Below are positions 42,301-56,966 of a stretch of DNA of 64,000 nt, piece after piece; positions within the stretch are counted from its first letter, which is position 1, and each line of letters opens with the position of its first letter. The DNA is taken from contig CM022670.1 in NCBI GenBank assembly GCA_012295275.1, positions 40,052,001-40,116,000 on the forward strand, written 5' to 3'. Under the pieces are notes generated by a model. The model was not told the origin of the DNA, made no database searches, and worked only from the letters and a program-made list of their open reading frames with translations. A program made the translations under genes and the position numbers. Origin of the DNA: Chrysomallon squamiferum. Taxonomy: Eukaryota; Animalia; Mollusca.

Positions 42301-44270
42301 AAATTTTCTTTTTTTTCTTCTCATTTTTTTTCATTTATTTTTTAAATTTCTTATTCTGTTTTTATTTTTTTCTTCCACCGTTTTTTATCATTCTTGATAA
42401 TAACATTTTGCAATTGTTATTACTAATATCTTTCATTAATATCTTTCATGACTCAACATCAGATTTTCAAAAGAATAATCTGATTACGTTTGTAAGTGAA
42501 TCTTGCACAGTACTTTTTGTTACACTCTGATGTTTTCTGCTACAACAGAAATGCAGCTGACTGCAGGCATACACGACGACTTGCTGCTGAAATCGCAGAA
42601 TCTGTCCACTCGAAGTGGTCAGGGAAAGTGGACAGTGTGGACTCACACTGGACAGCACAGAGATGCTGGCACTGATGATAAAGTTTTCATTGTCTTGTAC
42701 GGAACAACAGGACACTCTGGGCCAAAGCAGCTCAATGAGGACAGTGCTCTTACCTCAGGCTCTGAGCTCAAACAGAAGGTGCAAAGACCAGTTGTAATCT
42801 TTCTCTAGTTTAAGATGTACACTGTATTTGAATCAGTCATTGAAGCAAAACTGGGTGTGCTAAAAATACTCAATAAAGAAGTGATGTTTTGTAAGATTGT
42901 CAAATCAATTTAGTTTTATAAACATCAGTATTCTGTATTAATATGCATAAAGTTATGGGGTTTTATACATAGTTCACATTATGTGACATTTGATGATGAT
43001 ATAGATATATTATTGCTTTTAAGCCAAAAAAGGTATTTTAAACACTGTTAATTTAAAACAGGTTTTAGCTTTTTCTTTTCAATGTTTTAGATGTGTTGAG
43101 TGTATTTTATTTGTAAAAAAGTTTAGTTTATATCTCTGTATCTATCTTCTTTTTTATTTCGTTTTCTTTTGTGTTATATTATTTTACTTTCTGCATCTTT
43201 TCTTTTTTTTTTCCATGTTGTTTTTACCTTTTCAAAAACTAAATATTTTGTTTGTTTTTCCAGTTAAATGTTGGAAGCATTGGCTTTCTGTTTAAAGTCA
43301 GAATATATTTTGAATCTAGAGATGGCAAATCTTCCTGGCTGCTTGACAAGGTAAAATATTAAAATCTTTATTTTCTTTTCTTTACAAAATGTTATTCATG
43401 GTATACAAATACCTGGAAGGTAAAAATGTTAACATTATTATAAGAACACCTCACAACAAGATGAAGAATAAATTAAATTACTTTCTTCAATTTTTCTGTT
43501 ACATGTTTAGTGCAAGTATAGGTTTAGATACTGAAATAAATTTATTAATAATTTTTGCTTTTCTGGTTAATATAACTTTCAGTTCCTGCCAATCCATGTC
43601 AGTTGTTTGAGGTTATTGTCTTGTACAGTCATCACCTTATGATTTCGTAGTTTAATTTGAAATTAAAAATATGTTGTCCCTAATCCACTGTGTATTTTTT
43701 TAATTTCCTTTAGTCACAATTTTGACTTCAACCTCTATCCAATTCACTGAGTTTCTGACGTATTCTATCAGGTTTTAACTGATTCAGTACTTTTAAAAAA
43801 TTTCAAAATTTGGTCATTGGATTGCGTAGTTTCATTCTCTGTTTTATGAGTTATTTGTGTAAAGATACAAACTGACGTATTCCATTCTCTGTTTTATAAG
43901 TTATTTGTGCAAAGATACAAACTGACCCATTCCATTCTCTGTTTTATGAGTTATTTGTGTAAAGATACAAACTGGTGTGTTTCAGTTGAACATGAAGGAT
44001 GATGACTCTGGTGAGGAGTTTGTCATGGAGCACAGAGACTGGATCAAGTCCACTGATGACGATGTCACTGGAGCTGTAGAACTTGCAGCTGTAATACCAG
44101 ACATTCAGCCACTCTCAGGTTTACAGATAATCAAAATTTGGGTTTTGTTCATGAATGTATTTATGCATGTGTAGAGTCATTCTCAGATGCCAGATGTTTT
44201 GAATAATGCATGAAAAAAAAAAAAAATGTACATGAATGCATGCATCAGTGTTGTTTTGTTTTTGTCATTT

Positions 44271-44309
<39 letters not shown>

Positions 44310-45324
44310 AGACAATTCCATGTATAAATATGCCAGTATTGTTCATGCAATAAAAGAATAGATCAAAATTTCAGAACAGAACTGAAAAAACAAACACAAC
44401 AAAAAAATATATTCAGTTAATTTTAAATTTCGAAAAGATTACTAGTAAAAAAAAAAAAAATTATTTAAAACACTGAACAATAAGCAGTCATTTCATATAT
44501 GTATATATTTTTTTTTAATTGTAAATATATCATTTATCCTTTTATTATTCTACAATTTGCTGAAATTTGAAAATGAGAAAAATTAAAAAACTCTCAAGGT
44601 TATATTTTTGTACAAGTCACCTTCAAAGAGTTCCTAACATGACTCTGTGGTGTATCACTGTTTTCAGAAGTCACCTATGAGGTGACTGTCACCACGGGTG
44701 ACAAGCCAGTGGCTGAGACTGAAGCAGAGCTCTTCTGTACTCTGATTGGTGACTGGGGTGACACTGGGGAAAAATCTTTATACCATTCAGTCACCAACAA
44801 ATACCCATTTGAAAGAGGACAGGTAAGATGAGATAACATTGCAATATCTTCAATAATTCACAATTACAGACTTGTCACAGCTTCTTTAATTTAATTTACA
44901 TATAATAATTAAAAAAAAAAATGATTTCAGATTTGTTTAAATGTTAAAATGTAATTATTTCTATTTTGACATTGTTGTTACGATTATAGTTCTTTGTGGT
45001 TGTAATTTGCATCTTACAGAAACAGAAGATGTTTGTAAAACATTGAATAAAATATTATTTTCATCTTTAATATCAAAGTAATAATCTCTAAGATAATTCT
45101 GACATCAAAATTTAAAATTACAAAAAAATGATAAATATGGAATATAGATTATTATTATTATTATCATCATATTATTATCATTATTATTATTATTATTATT
45201 ATTACTACTATTATCATTATCAGTATTATTATTATTATCATTATTATTATTATTATTACTATTACTATTATATTATTATTAGTATTATCATTATTATCAT
45301 TATCATTATCATTATTATTACTAC

Positions 45325-45381
<57 letters not shown>

Positions 45382-46614
45382 TATTTGGCAGAGAGACCAG
45401 TTCAGAGTACAGTCCCTTGATCTTGGGATTCTGCAGAAGATTCTGATTGGTCACAACCTGCCAGGCCGAGGGAAGAGGCTGGCTGTGTGACAGTGTCAGT
45501 GTGTCTGTCACTAGTGGACAAAGGATGGAAATGCCCAAACAGTCTTCTTAGCCAACAGGTTCATAGTTACTTAAACACTGATGTAAATAATGCTTTGATT
45601 TAAACATTCTGATGCTGGTTTTTTTTTATGCTTTTTTTTTCAAATTTAACTTTTTTGTTTTTCTTTCTTTTTTTATTATATTCATTTTTGTCCCAATTTA
45701 ATTTTAATTTATTATTATTATTTGTTTTTACATTTATTTATTTATTTATTTTTTTAATTTATTATTATAATTTATTAATTACTTTATTTTGATTATTTTT
45801 TATTTTATTATTAATTAATTTAATTAATTTATTTATTTATTTGTCACAGATGGTTTGATACAGGATGTGAGGACAGGAAGATAGTACGAGAGTTATCTCC
45901 ATTTGTTCAGTTGAAGCCAACTGCTGATGTCTCACTGGCTCAGAAATCCAAGTCAAGTTAGTCGTTTAAACATCAAAACACTTCTTTCAAAAACTGATTT
46001 TATCAGGCTGAAATGCAAAATTCATTTCATATAATTTTGAAAGACTTGTTTTTCATTTAATGAGCAGTCAATTAATCTTAGGAGTTGTTGGAGATTTTTA
46101 AATTTATATTTATTAATGTTTTAATTTTATATATGAACCTTATATCAAGCAATATATTTTTATTAGCAATATATGTATGTGTGTATGTATTATGTATATA
46201 TATGTTTGTATATACATATATATATATATATATGTGTGTGTGTTTAAAATCAACATCTAGCATGTTTCCTATGTCAACAACACTTGTAGTTAATTACTGA
46301 CTGTTTTGCAGAAGGTGTCTGGGATGTTTGGCTGACTGTGGTAGCAGAGGAGAAGCTGTCTGATGTGAAATGTTTATCCAGACCAGTGTCTGTCACAGTG
46401 TATGGTACATACGGCATGTCAGGACCTTTCCAGCTAACTGACGGGAAAAATCTAGTTCTAGATCCAGGAACAACTGAAAAGTTCTCTGTATGTTATGATT
46501 TAATTTTATTTTATCAAGTATAATGCAATAATAAATAATTTTTAAAGTATTTGAAATTATACTGGAATGGTAATGATGATGGTGATGATGATTATGATGA
46601 TGGTGATGATGATT

Positions 46615-46668
<54 letters not shown>

Positions 46669-47493
46669 TTGATGACGATGATGACAATGATGATGATAAT
46701 GAAGTTTACAATAATGTTATAATAATAATGAAGATGATAAATTTATTAATATTAATAGTGTCTTCTAGTTATTTTTACTCAAATAAGTAACTTCATAATT
46801 TTTTTTTCCATCAATAATAATTTTTATAATGTTTAGAATTTTCTCATTTCATTTTTGTCATAACCTCTTCTGATTGTTATAAAAAAAAAAGCTATTTAAT
46901 TAACGTAAGAAAAATGTGTGTTCTTATGTTAATACAGATTTTCAGTTTGTTTATTTATTTATTTATTTATTTATTTACAGGCATTAAAGTTTGGCAGTAT
47001 CGGGGACATGGTGAAGATGCGACTCACTTGTGGTGCAAGATCAGACCAACCAGCTGCCTGGGCCATACAGGATGTCAGTACATGTTTTACAAAATATTAC
47101 TAACAAAGATAATTTTATAAAAATTTATATCATTGAGGTGTTTAAGAATTAAGAAATTTGTTATTACTATAGACTTCAAAAATAATTTGTAAAAATAAAC
47201 AAGCACTCACATAAATACATGAACATACATATCTAAATTGTTTATTTTTACTAGGTGTTGATTGTTGATGTAGACAGTAGAAAGAATGTGTTCTTTATTT
47301 ATTACTAGATTTTGAAGTTAGATAAGCACAGTAAAACTGGTGTTTATTTTACTAGGTGTTGATGGTGGATGTAGACAGTGATGAGAACCTGTTCTTTGAC
47401 TTCAGTTCTTGGGTTGGACAAGTTGGAGATGGTAATTTAGAACTTCCAGTGATAAAACCAGACCAGCCCTTTCCTCCTAGTAAGTACTTTTGG

Positions 47494-47574
<81 letters not shown>

Positions 47575-47577
47575 TAA

Positions 47578-47634
<57 letters not shown>

Positions 47635-50600
47635 CAGTACTATTATTATTATTATCATTATTATTATTATTATTATTTTATGCAGAATACACTGAAAATG
47701 TATAATTCACAGAAACTGCTTTTAAAGGTAATGTTTAATGTGAAGTGTACATATTTATGGAGTCCATTATCATTTATTATTTTTCTTCATCATCATTTGT
47801 TTTCCTTCCTTTCATACAATTTATTGTTTCTTCTTGTTGAATAAGTTTTTAAAATAACATTTTTAAAATTATGTAAGAAGAGGCACAGTGTAAGTCTAGA
47901 TTTTAAGTACCATTGTCATTTCATGCTTTTGAAAATTTGAAACGACATATAAATGGGTTTTTTTATTTTTTTATTCCAGTCATCAGGTACCAAGTTGAAG
48001 TTCACACTGGCAACAACAGACAGTCAAGAACCAGCTCTGATGTATCTATTAAAATAGAGGGTATCCATGGCGACAGTGGCTTCAGACAAATTGCTGTTAA
48101 TAAATCAAGATCAGCTGTAAGTTAAATATTATGTTTAAATTTAATATCCTGTTGTTTAGACAATAACAAAACAAAGATTACCATTCAAAAATCTGCTTTT
48201 CTGGAATTGCTGTTAATATATAAACAAGAGAAAGTTGAAATGAATTTGTTTTAAAAGGTTACTAGTATCAGTATTTATATTTAATAGAAAAACAAAGTAT
48301 AGTAATTTAATTTAATAAAATATTTTTTTTTTTTTAAATAATATTAGTATATGTTTAATAGAACAAACTGAAAGTAATTTGGTTTAATGAAATTACTAAT
48401 ATCTTCAAGCATATTGAGAACAACTGTATGCACCAAACAGTAACTCTATACAGAAATGTTAAGAAAACGAAAAAAGCTGTTTATAAGAAAAAGAAAAAGA
48501 AAAAAAGCTTTTAATAAAAAAAAGAAGATGGAGAAAATGGAATGTTTAAAAGATTAAAAGAATTTATTGATTCTGACATTGTTTTTTTTAAGCTGTTTCT
48601 GTTTCCTGACATTTCAGATTGAGACATTCACTGTGGAATCAGTGTCTTTGGGTGACCTTGAAAATGTAACTGTTGCTAAGGGGCCTGGAGATTCCTGGTT
48701 TTGGAAAAAATTGTCATAAAAGCTGGCGAGTTTGATAACACAGAATGGATATTTGATCACAATAAGTAAATCTACTTGTATATGTTATTGTTTTGGACAA
48801 CTAGTCTTTGTTAATAATAAAGTATAACACCAATAATTATAACTAACTCATGGAACTGGAGATTCCTGGTTTTTGGAAAAAGCTGTCATGAAGGCTGGAG
48901 AGTTTGGTATTGCAGAATGGATATTTGTTCACAATTGAGAAAGTCTAGTCAGACTGTATATTTTATTGTCTTTGGCAACTAGTCTTTGTTAATAATAAAG
49001 TATGATACTAATAATTATTACTAGCTTATGGAGATGAAGGAGGATGCTATTTTTCTCTTTGATCAAGATAACTAGGCTTTAGATAATTATTTTTATAACA
49101 TTTAAACAAATTCAGCAACATGCAGATGTATAATTATTTTTCTGTTGCAGCTGGGTTGGCGCTAATAAGAAGAGTTCAACTGAAGAAAAGATAACTCTTC
49201 CTCTGACGAAGACGAGTCCAAGCTCTGTGGCTGTAGCAGCCAGTGACCAGCCTCTGTCGCGAGGTAACTGGCAGGTGAAGGTGTGGACAGACGCAGTGGC
49301 TCAGGAACAGGTGGATGACCTCGTCGTTGTACTTTGTGGAAACAAAGCTGAAAGCAAAATGTTGGTGCTGACCTCAAACCGAAAACCAGCTTTTCAGCCA
49401 GGACAGATTGATGTTTGCAGGGTAAAGAGACAAAGTTTTAAAATTTTTAAAAAAAATTCTCAATTTATTTTAATGGTATATTTATTTAAATATTAATTTG
49501 TTGTTTTAAATTTTGAAATTTGAAAAAAAATTTCTCAACTTGTTTTAATGGTATAGTTATTTAAATATTAATTTGTTGTTTTAAATTTTTAAATTTCAAA
49601 AAAAATTTCTCTACTTATTTTAATGGTATAATTATTTAAATATTAATTTGTTTTTTTAAATTTTTAAATTTTTAATTTTTTTCTCAACTTATTTTAATGG
49701 TATAGTTATTTAAATATTAAGTTTGTTGGGTACTCAGAACATTGCTGTTGGTTTCAGTAATAAAATATGTTTATAATATTTGTTTTTATAATTATTATTA
49801 TTTGTACTCCAGTTGTCATAGAGTTTTTAATACTTTGCAGTTGAATATTTTTAATTTTATTTCCAATTTTTTTTAAATAAAGTTTTTAAAATCATATTAA
49901 TAATAAAATTGTTATTTTTGTCTCTGTGTTTGTGTCTGCATGTTATTTTCTTAACTAAAACAGTTAATTAATATCACTATATAAATCTGTAAAATTACAG
50001 TTAATTTTGATTTTTTCTAAGAAGATTGTCTCTCTTCCTGCCTGACATTTATTTCTTCCAGGTTTCACATTTGGGAAGAGCAGTTTGACATTTTGACTGA
50101 TGTTTTATGATAACAGTCTAGCAATTTATATTATGATCAGTGTCAGGAGTTTAAAAATTCTATGAATGTTGCTTTCAGATAAGACTTTCAGAAGATGTTG
50201 GAGAGCTGTTTAAAGTTAGAGTGGGTTTCCAGGATAACAGCGTAGAAAAGGCCATTAATCTGAAAAGAGTAAGTGTCAAAAGAATTTTTATACTGGAATT
50301 ATTTGTAAAATATTTGTAAAGTAATTTACTTTAAAAGAAGAAGAAAAAAAATGTTATAAATGAATGAATGACTGAAATACTGTATTATTTTCTAAAATAA
50401 TGTAATGCAATAATAATAATGTAATATACATTTAATACACATATAATATGTAATGTGCATGCATACTGTGAGTGACATTTCAACTTAATGTAATGTACTG
50501 TAATGTAATGTTATTTAATATATAATATAATAGAGCATAATATTGTATAATTCAGTATACTGTAGTATAACGTAATATAATATAAGAATATAATGCAGCA

Positions 50601-51196
50601 GTACTATACTGTATGATAATAATAAAAATAATGAATTCATTTTAATTATTAAAGTCTTATATCTCTATACAATGTGTGCTCAGTCTATTTGTACTAAACT
50701 AAAGTTGAGATTACTCTTCGCAGATTCAGTTCGAGGATGAGGACACCCATGACACGTTCTATTACAATCTCAATGGCTGGGTTGTCGTAGATGTAAATCA
50801 AGATGGTTGGAGAGAATTTCCTGTTGTCTGGCCAGCCATCAAAGTTTTACCAGGTGATGTAATTTTTATAACAGTTAAATCAGTAAGAAGAATCAGTAAT
50901 AACAAAGTAACAGGAATAATAAGTTTATTGTTGTTTAATGATGAGTTTCGTGTTAAGTGATAGTTGAATGTTCTGTGTGAATGAATAACTGTGGTAAATT
51001 AAATTCTTGTAAAAATAATTGATTGTATTTTGGTAGATTTTTGGGGTTAAGAACTGTTTTTGATCATTCTTTAATAGTAATATGTAATATAATGAAATGT
51101 AATAGTAATAAGGAATAATAACAAAAATAATGTAACAATATTAATAATAATAATAATAATAAATAATAATAATAGTAATAAATGTAATAGTAATAG

Positions 51197-51240
<44 letters not shown>

Positions 51241-51271
51241 GGAATAATAATAAAAATAATGTAACAATGAT

Positions 51272-51306
<35 letters not shown>

Positions 51307-53066
51307 TAGTCAGTCATATTTTATTACAAATGTATGTATAAGTATGTGTATATATATATTCATTCTGTTTTAAATTTACTTCACTTTACTTTATTAATAT
51401 ATATAATTTTTTGAATGTTTGAATCACTCAGTGTTGAATTATCAAGTGTGTGTGCACCTGGGTGAGGTGAACAAGACCGGACACAACGTGTACATAGAGA
51501 TACACGGAGAGAACGGAAGTACGGGACGACGATTTCTTAAACATACCCTGAACCAGGACCATCGGTTCAGCTCAAACCAGGTGAACTCCCCAGTCATTCT
51601 GTGTCCTTGTAAACATTCACTATTCAGTGAAATGTTTCAGAACTAAACTCTCACTAAACACGAATTTGGCACCAAACTGAATGATTTGTTTGATATGAAG
51701 TCTTTAAATGTGAAACCTCAAATACAAAACACCCTTGAAGACTGAACCTCTTTTTTCTAGCTTCTTGGTCCCATTACTGTTAGGTTTTTAAAAGTTTCTC
51801 TGTATATATTTTTGATAACTTGTTTATATATATATAGATAGATAGATAGACAGATAGACAGATGGATAGATAGATAGATAGATAGATAGACAGATAGACA
51901 GAGAGACAGACAGACAGACAGATATGTATGTTCTGCATATGTTTAAATATTTATATAATTATTTTGATAAACTTTCTATATATATATATATAAATATTAC
52001 TTATATAATTTAGATAAACTTCATATAAAATATTGTATATCTTTAGAACTGATGAATAGAGTGAAGACATTTTAAATGTACGTAAACATTTTCTCACAGC
52101 AATACTTCAGTGAATGAAAGTAGAAAACACAAATCTCTTTTTTACATCTCCTTTCATGGTTTATTGTATTTAACTATTGTATTTTATTTTATTTTTTTAT
52201 TTATTTATCTGAAATGCAGATTGACTTGTTTGAGGTAGAGGCAGTTTGTCTGCTGGAGTTGAGAAAAGTTGTTATTGGACACAGCACGAAAGGAGCAGGT
52301 AAGAACTGTTTTATAAAATCAGTCTGATCTGCAATAGTGTTTCATGTCATAGGATGTGCAGACGAAAAACATAAATAAGTAAGAAAATAACAATAATAAA
52401 TAAAATAATAAAGAAAAATAGAGTCTAGTATTTACATCAACGTTTTTGCTTGCACATTTAGTAACCTAGTGAGCATTTTATCTTGTGTGTGTATGTGTGT
52501 ATGCATTCATGTGAATATCTGTGTATGCATTCATGTGAATATCTGTGTATGCATTCATGTGAATATCTCTGTATGCATTCATGTGAATATCTCTGTATGT
52601 ATTCATATGCATATATATAGAGTGCATTTGCACATAAATGGAAAAAATGGCTTTCCTGACATTTTATATTTATTCTTCTTTGTTCTGTGTATCATATTTT
52701 GAATTTGCATTTTCCATCAGTTAATAAATGTACAAAATATAGAAAAAAGAATGTTCAGGTTACACAGAAAAGAGACACTTTCACATTATTCATTTCCTTT
52801 TTACATAGACATTGAATACTGATGATGATTTTTCTAAACTCATTATGCTCTGTCACACCAAGCTTTTAAGATAGATCATTAAATAGTTTTTTTTTTGTGA
52901 ATTTAAAAAAAAAATATGATTTTGTGAAAATAAAAAAATTATTTATTTTTTATATATATTTTTTAAATATAATTTCATGAAAATAATTTTTATTTTTTTT
53001 ATTTTTATTATTTTTTTTTTAAATATAATTTCATGAAAATAGTTTTTTTATTTATTTTATTTTATT

Positions 53067-53100
<34 letters not shown>

Positions 53101-54080
53101 TTTTTTAATAAATATTTAATTTTAATTTTTCTGTGAATGTCCTCAGATTCAGGCTGGTTTTTGAAGAGAGTAGTTATACGAGAATCACCTGCAGCTTCCA
53201 GTGAAGTCAACTTTGAATGTAACAGGTAACATTTCAAAATACCTTTCACTAGTTTATCAAAGATACCATCATATAAAATATTTGTAGTATAGCTTTAAAT
53301 TATTATTATCTGCTATTATTTTATTTTATTTTAATTTTTAAAAATTATATTGAACTTTTTAAAGTCAAGAGAATAAGCCCTGGAATAATAAATGGATTTA
53401 ATATCAGTTTGTATGATTTAAACATATTATGTTTGTTTTTAATGTTATTTTATGATGTCACTCTGCAGTCAGGTTTTTGTAGTTTCTGTGTAATTTCACT
53501 TCTAGGTGGTTGGACGAAGGCAGAGATGATGGAAAACTGGAGAGAACTCTTGTTCCATCAGAGAGACAGAAATCTGACCTTTCACCTCCTCTGGTTTCTC
53601 CTCCTCTGGTTTCTCCTCCTCTGGTTTCTCCTCCAAAGAAATCTCCTTCACCTCAGAAAAACAAAGGTTAGAATCAAAGTCTTCATTAAATTGAAATAAA
53701 TGTGTATATCTGTACGTTTGTTTGTCTTTATGTTTATATGAATGTGTGTGTGATTGTGAAGAGAGAGAGATAGTTTGTGATGACATAGTTTGTAACAAGT
53801 GAGAATATTTTCTGTTTTTTTGCTAGGAACTCCATGGAATATCTGGACAACGACAGGCTCAGATCGAGGTCAGGGTATGAACAGTGCAGCAGTGATAGTC
53901 CTGTACGGAGATCTAGGAGTGAGCAAACCTGTGCCTATTGGCAATGCGAAGAATGTCAGGTTTAAAGAGGGGGCTACAGACAAGTTCAATGTGAGTAAAT
54001 CATTTTATATTATCTACATACCTACCTGCCTGTTGATAAGTCAATAACGTCTCTTTTTCATTATTCTTTTTATCTGTGTG

Positions 54081-54172
<92 letters not shown>

Positions 54173-56220
54173 ACTCGTCAGTCAATCAGTCTATCCATCT
54201 GTCTGTGTTTAATCTCTCTTGCTGTACATATACATCATGCTACAGGTCTGTCTCTTGTCTGTGAATGTGTTGATTTGTTTTTCAGGTTGTAGTAGAGAAG
54301 GATATTGGTGAGCTGTTCAAAGTGAGAGTTGGTTTTCTGGATGCAGAGAAACATGTAGACTGGTACTCAGATTACAACAGGTGTCCATCTTGGTTTCTAC
54401 AGAAGGTCAGAGTCCCTTGATTTTGTGACGTATTGTTTTATTTTTTTTATTGTACAAACATTTTCTTTAATTAAAAATAGTTCCATTACTTTATCTGCCA
54501 AGGTGGTTTCATTGTATTGATTTTGAAATTATTGTCAACACAGCATTTGCAGTAATTTGAGTTAAATCTCTGTTACCAGATCTTTGATAGTATTGTTTTT
54601 TTACAATTTTTATATTTAACATTAATGAATGTTTTTTGTGTATATATATTTATGTAGGTAATATATGTAATGGTTTAGTTTTGTATATGTATGTAATGTT
54701 GAACATAACTTGGCTAGTTGCAATAATACTTTTATTAATTTTTGATTAAATGTCTTCTGAACGTTGAAATCCCATTATCAGGTGTAACTGGAATTATTTC
54801 TTAATTTATTTTAACAGCTGAAACTGAAAAACATGAAAACAGGCAAGGAATACATCTGTGATACTCCAAACTGGATAAGACTTGATGAGTTCCAGGATTG
54901 CTGGACGGAGTTTCCAGTCTACTCTAAAGATAGGACTCAAATGTTGCCAGGTATTTGTTCCATTTCTGTTATAATAGTAATTAATTTAATCTATCAGAAA
55001 CTAATAACATAACCTCCTCCAAAAAAACAACAACAAAACAAAAAATAAAAAAAATAAAAACAACGCAAATATGAACCATATATTTCTTTTCCTGTAAAAA
55101 TTGTTTTTTAAAGTCTGACAAATCATACTATTTGAATTTTTCTAAGAAATGTGTTTGTGATTTCATTATATAAATACTGTTTGAGTGTTTCTAAGGAATG
55201 TATCTGTGATTTCAGTAAATGAATACAAAGTGTTTGTGATTTCATTATATAAATACTGTTTGAGTGTTTCTAAGGAATGTATCTGTGATTTCAGTAAATG
55301 AATACAAAGTGTTTGTGATTTCAGTAAATGAACACAAAGTGTTTGTGATTTCAGTAAGTGAATACAAAGTGTTCATGAAGAATGTTTCTGTGATTTCATT
55401 AAGTGAATACAAATTGTTTGTGATTTCAGTAAGTGAATACAAAGTGTTTGTGATTTCAGTAAGTGAATACAAAGTGTTTGTGATTTCAGTAAATGAATAC
55501 AAAGTGTTTGTGATTTCAGTAAATGAATACAAAGTGTTTGTGATTTCAGTAAATGAGTACAAAGTTTATGTGAAGACAGCTGATGAGCTGTATGCTGGGA
55601 CAGATGCTAACATCTATCTGCAGATATTTGGTGAGAATGGAGACACTGGCAGGCGACACCTTCATGGTTCTCGTTCAAACAGAGACCAGTTTGAACAGGG
55701 TGCTGTAAGTTACACACTGTTTTATCTCTTCCTAACAGTAAATACAAAAAGCAATAATACAGTTATGTGGAGTAATTGAAATATTTGTGTCGTAGTCAAA
55801 AGGTGTGAAATATATATAACGAATACAAATTATAATGTTTTATTTTTTTATTATTATTATGTTCATTGTTTTTTTTTTTTTTTTTGTTTATAGAAATATT
55901 GAGTTTCAATTGATAAAACTAACAAGTATTTCATGTAAATCCTGTTGGTTAATTTAGTTTTATTATTTGTGTTCTAGTGAACAATCAAAATATTGCCTGG
56001 ATAAAATGTAATAAAAAGTAACTACATTATTTTTGCTGTAACCAAGATGGTCTTTGAAAGTATTATTACATCAATAATAGAGTTATTTTGTTTCACTTGA
56101 GTCCTAAATTGAAAGTTAATGTTTCATTTCAAGACTGATTTGTTTCACATTGGTGCACTTGACACTGACAAAGGACAAAAATGACTTTGTACTTAAGTTT
56201 GTTTTTCTTTTTCTTTTTTT

Positions 56221-56287
<67 letters not shown>

Positions 56288-56924
56288 CTGTGTCTGTGTG
56301 TTTGTCTTAGAATTAAAAATTGTTTTCTTCTTTGCAGACGGATTTATTTCACATTGAGGCAGTTGACCTTGGCAAGCTGACCAAGGTGAAGGTCGAGCAT
56401 GATGGATACGGTCATGGGTCAGGCTGGCTTCCTGAAGAGATTGTTGTTGAGGATTCAGGCACACCTCCAAAGAAATACCTCTTCAGATGCAACAGGTGTG
56501 CCAGCTTAATGCCAGTCAATCTAATTTATTCTGCATTCACTTGTGATAATTCGGTTATCTGAAATCTGATACACTATGTTCATAGATGAAACTTTTGGGT
56601 TATCTACTGTGCCATTTAATTTAATTTGTTCTGCACTGAAAAGTGATAGCTAAGATACCTCGTCCAGTGTAGACTGATTTATTGTATATTCTGATGTAAA
56701 ATGTGGGTTAGTTTTTTGTTTTGTAGTAATAAAAATTGGTTGTGGACAATTCGATGAAGTGTGTTCATGATATGAGTTAATAATATAGGGCTTATTGAGT
56801 TATCAGGTTTCATAGTAATGTTTGTCATGTAGTTTTGTTATAAAATTCAGTTTATTTTAGTTTATGTTCTTATCTTCAGTTAGTAGAAAGATAATTTAAT
56901 ATAACTCTTTTACAAAAAAAAAAA

Positions 56925-56966
<42 letters not shown>

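Noticed and set aside
53502-53798. Antisense ORF with EEKPE repeats, and other ORFs antisense to exons (e.g. 9247-9639, 9639-9875, 6644-6889)
   Set aside because: They are shadows of real exons on the opposite strand, with no independent splice or start evidence.
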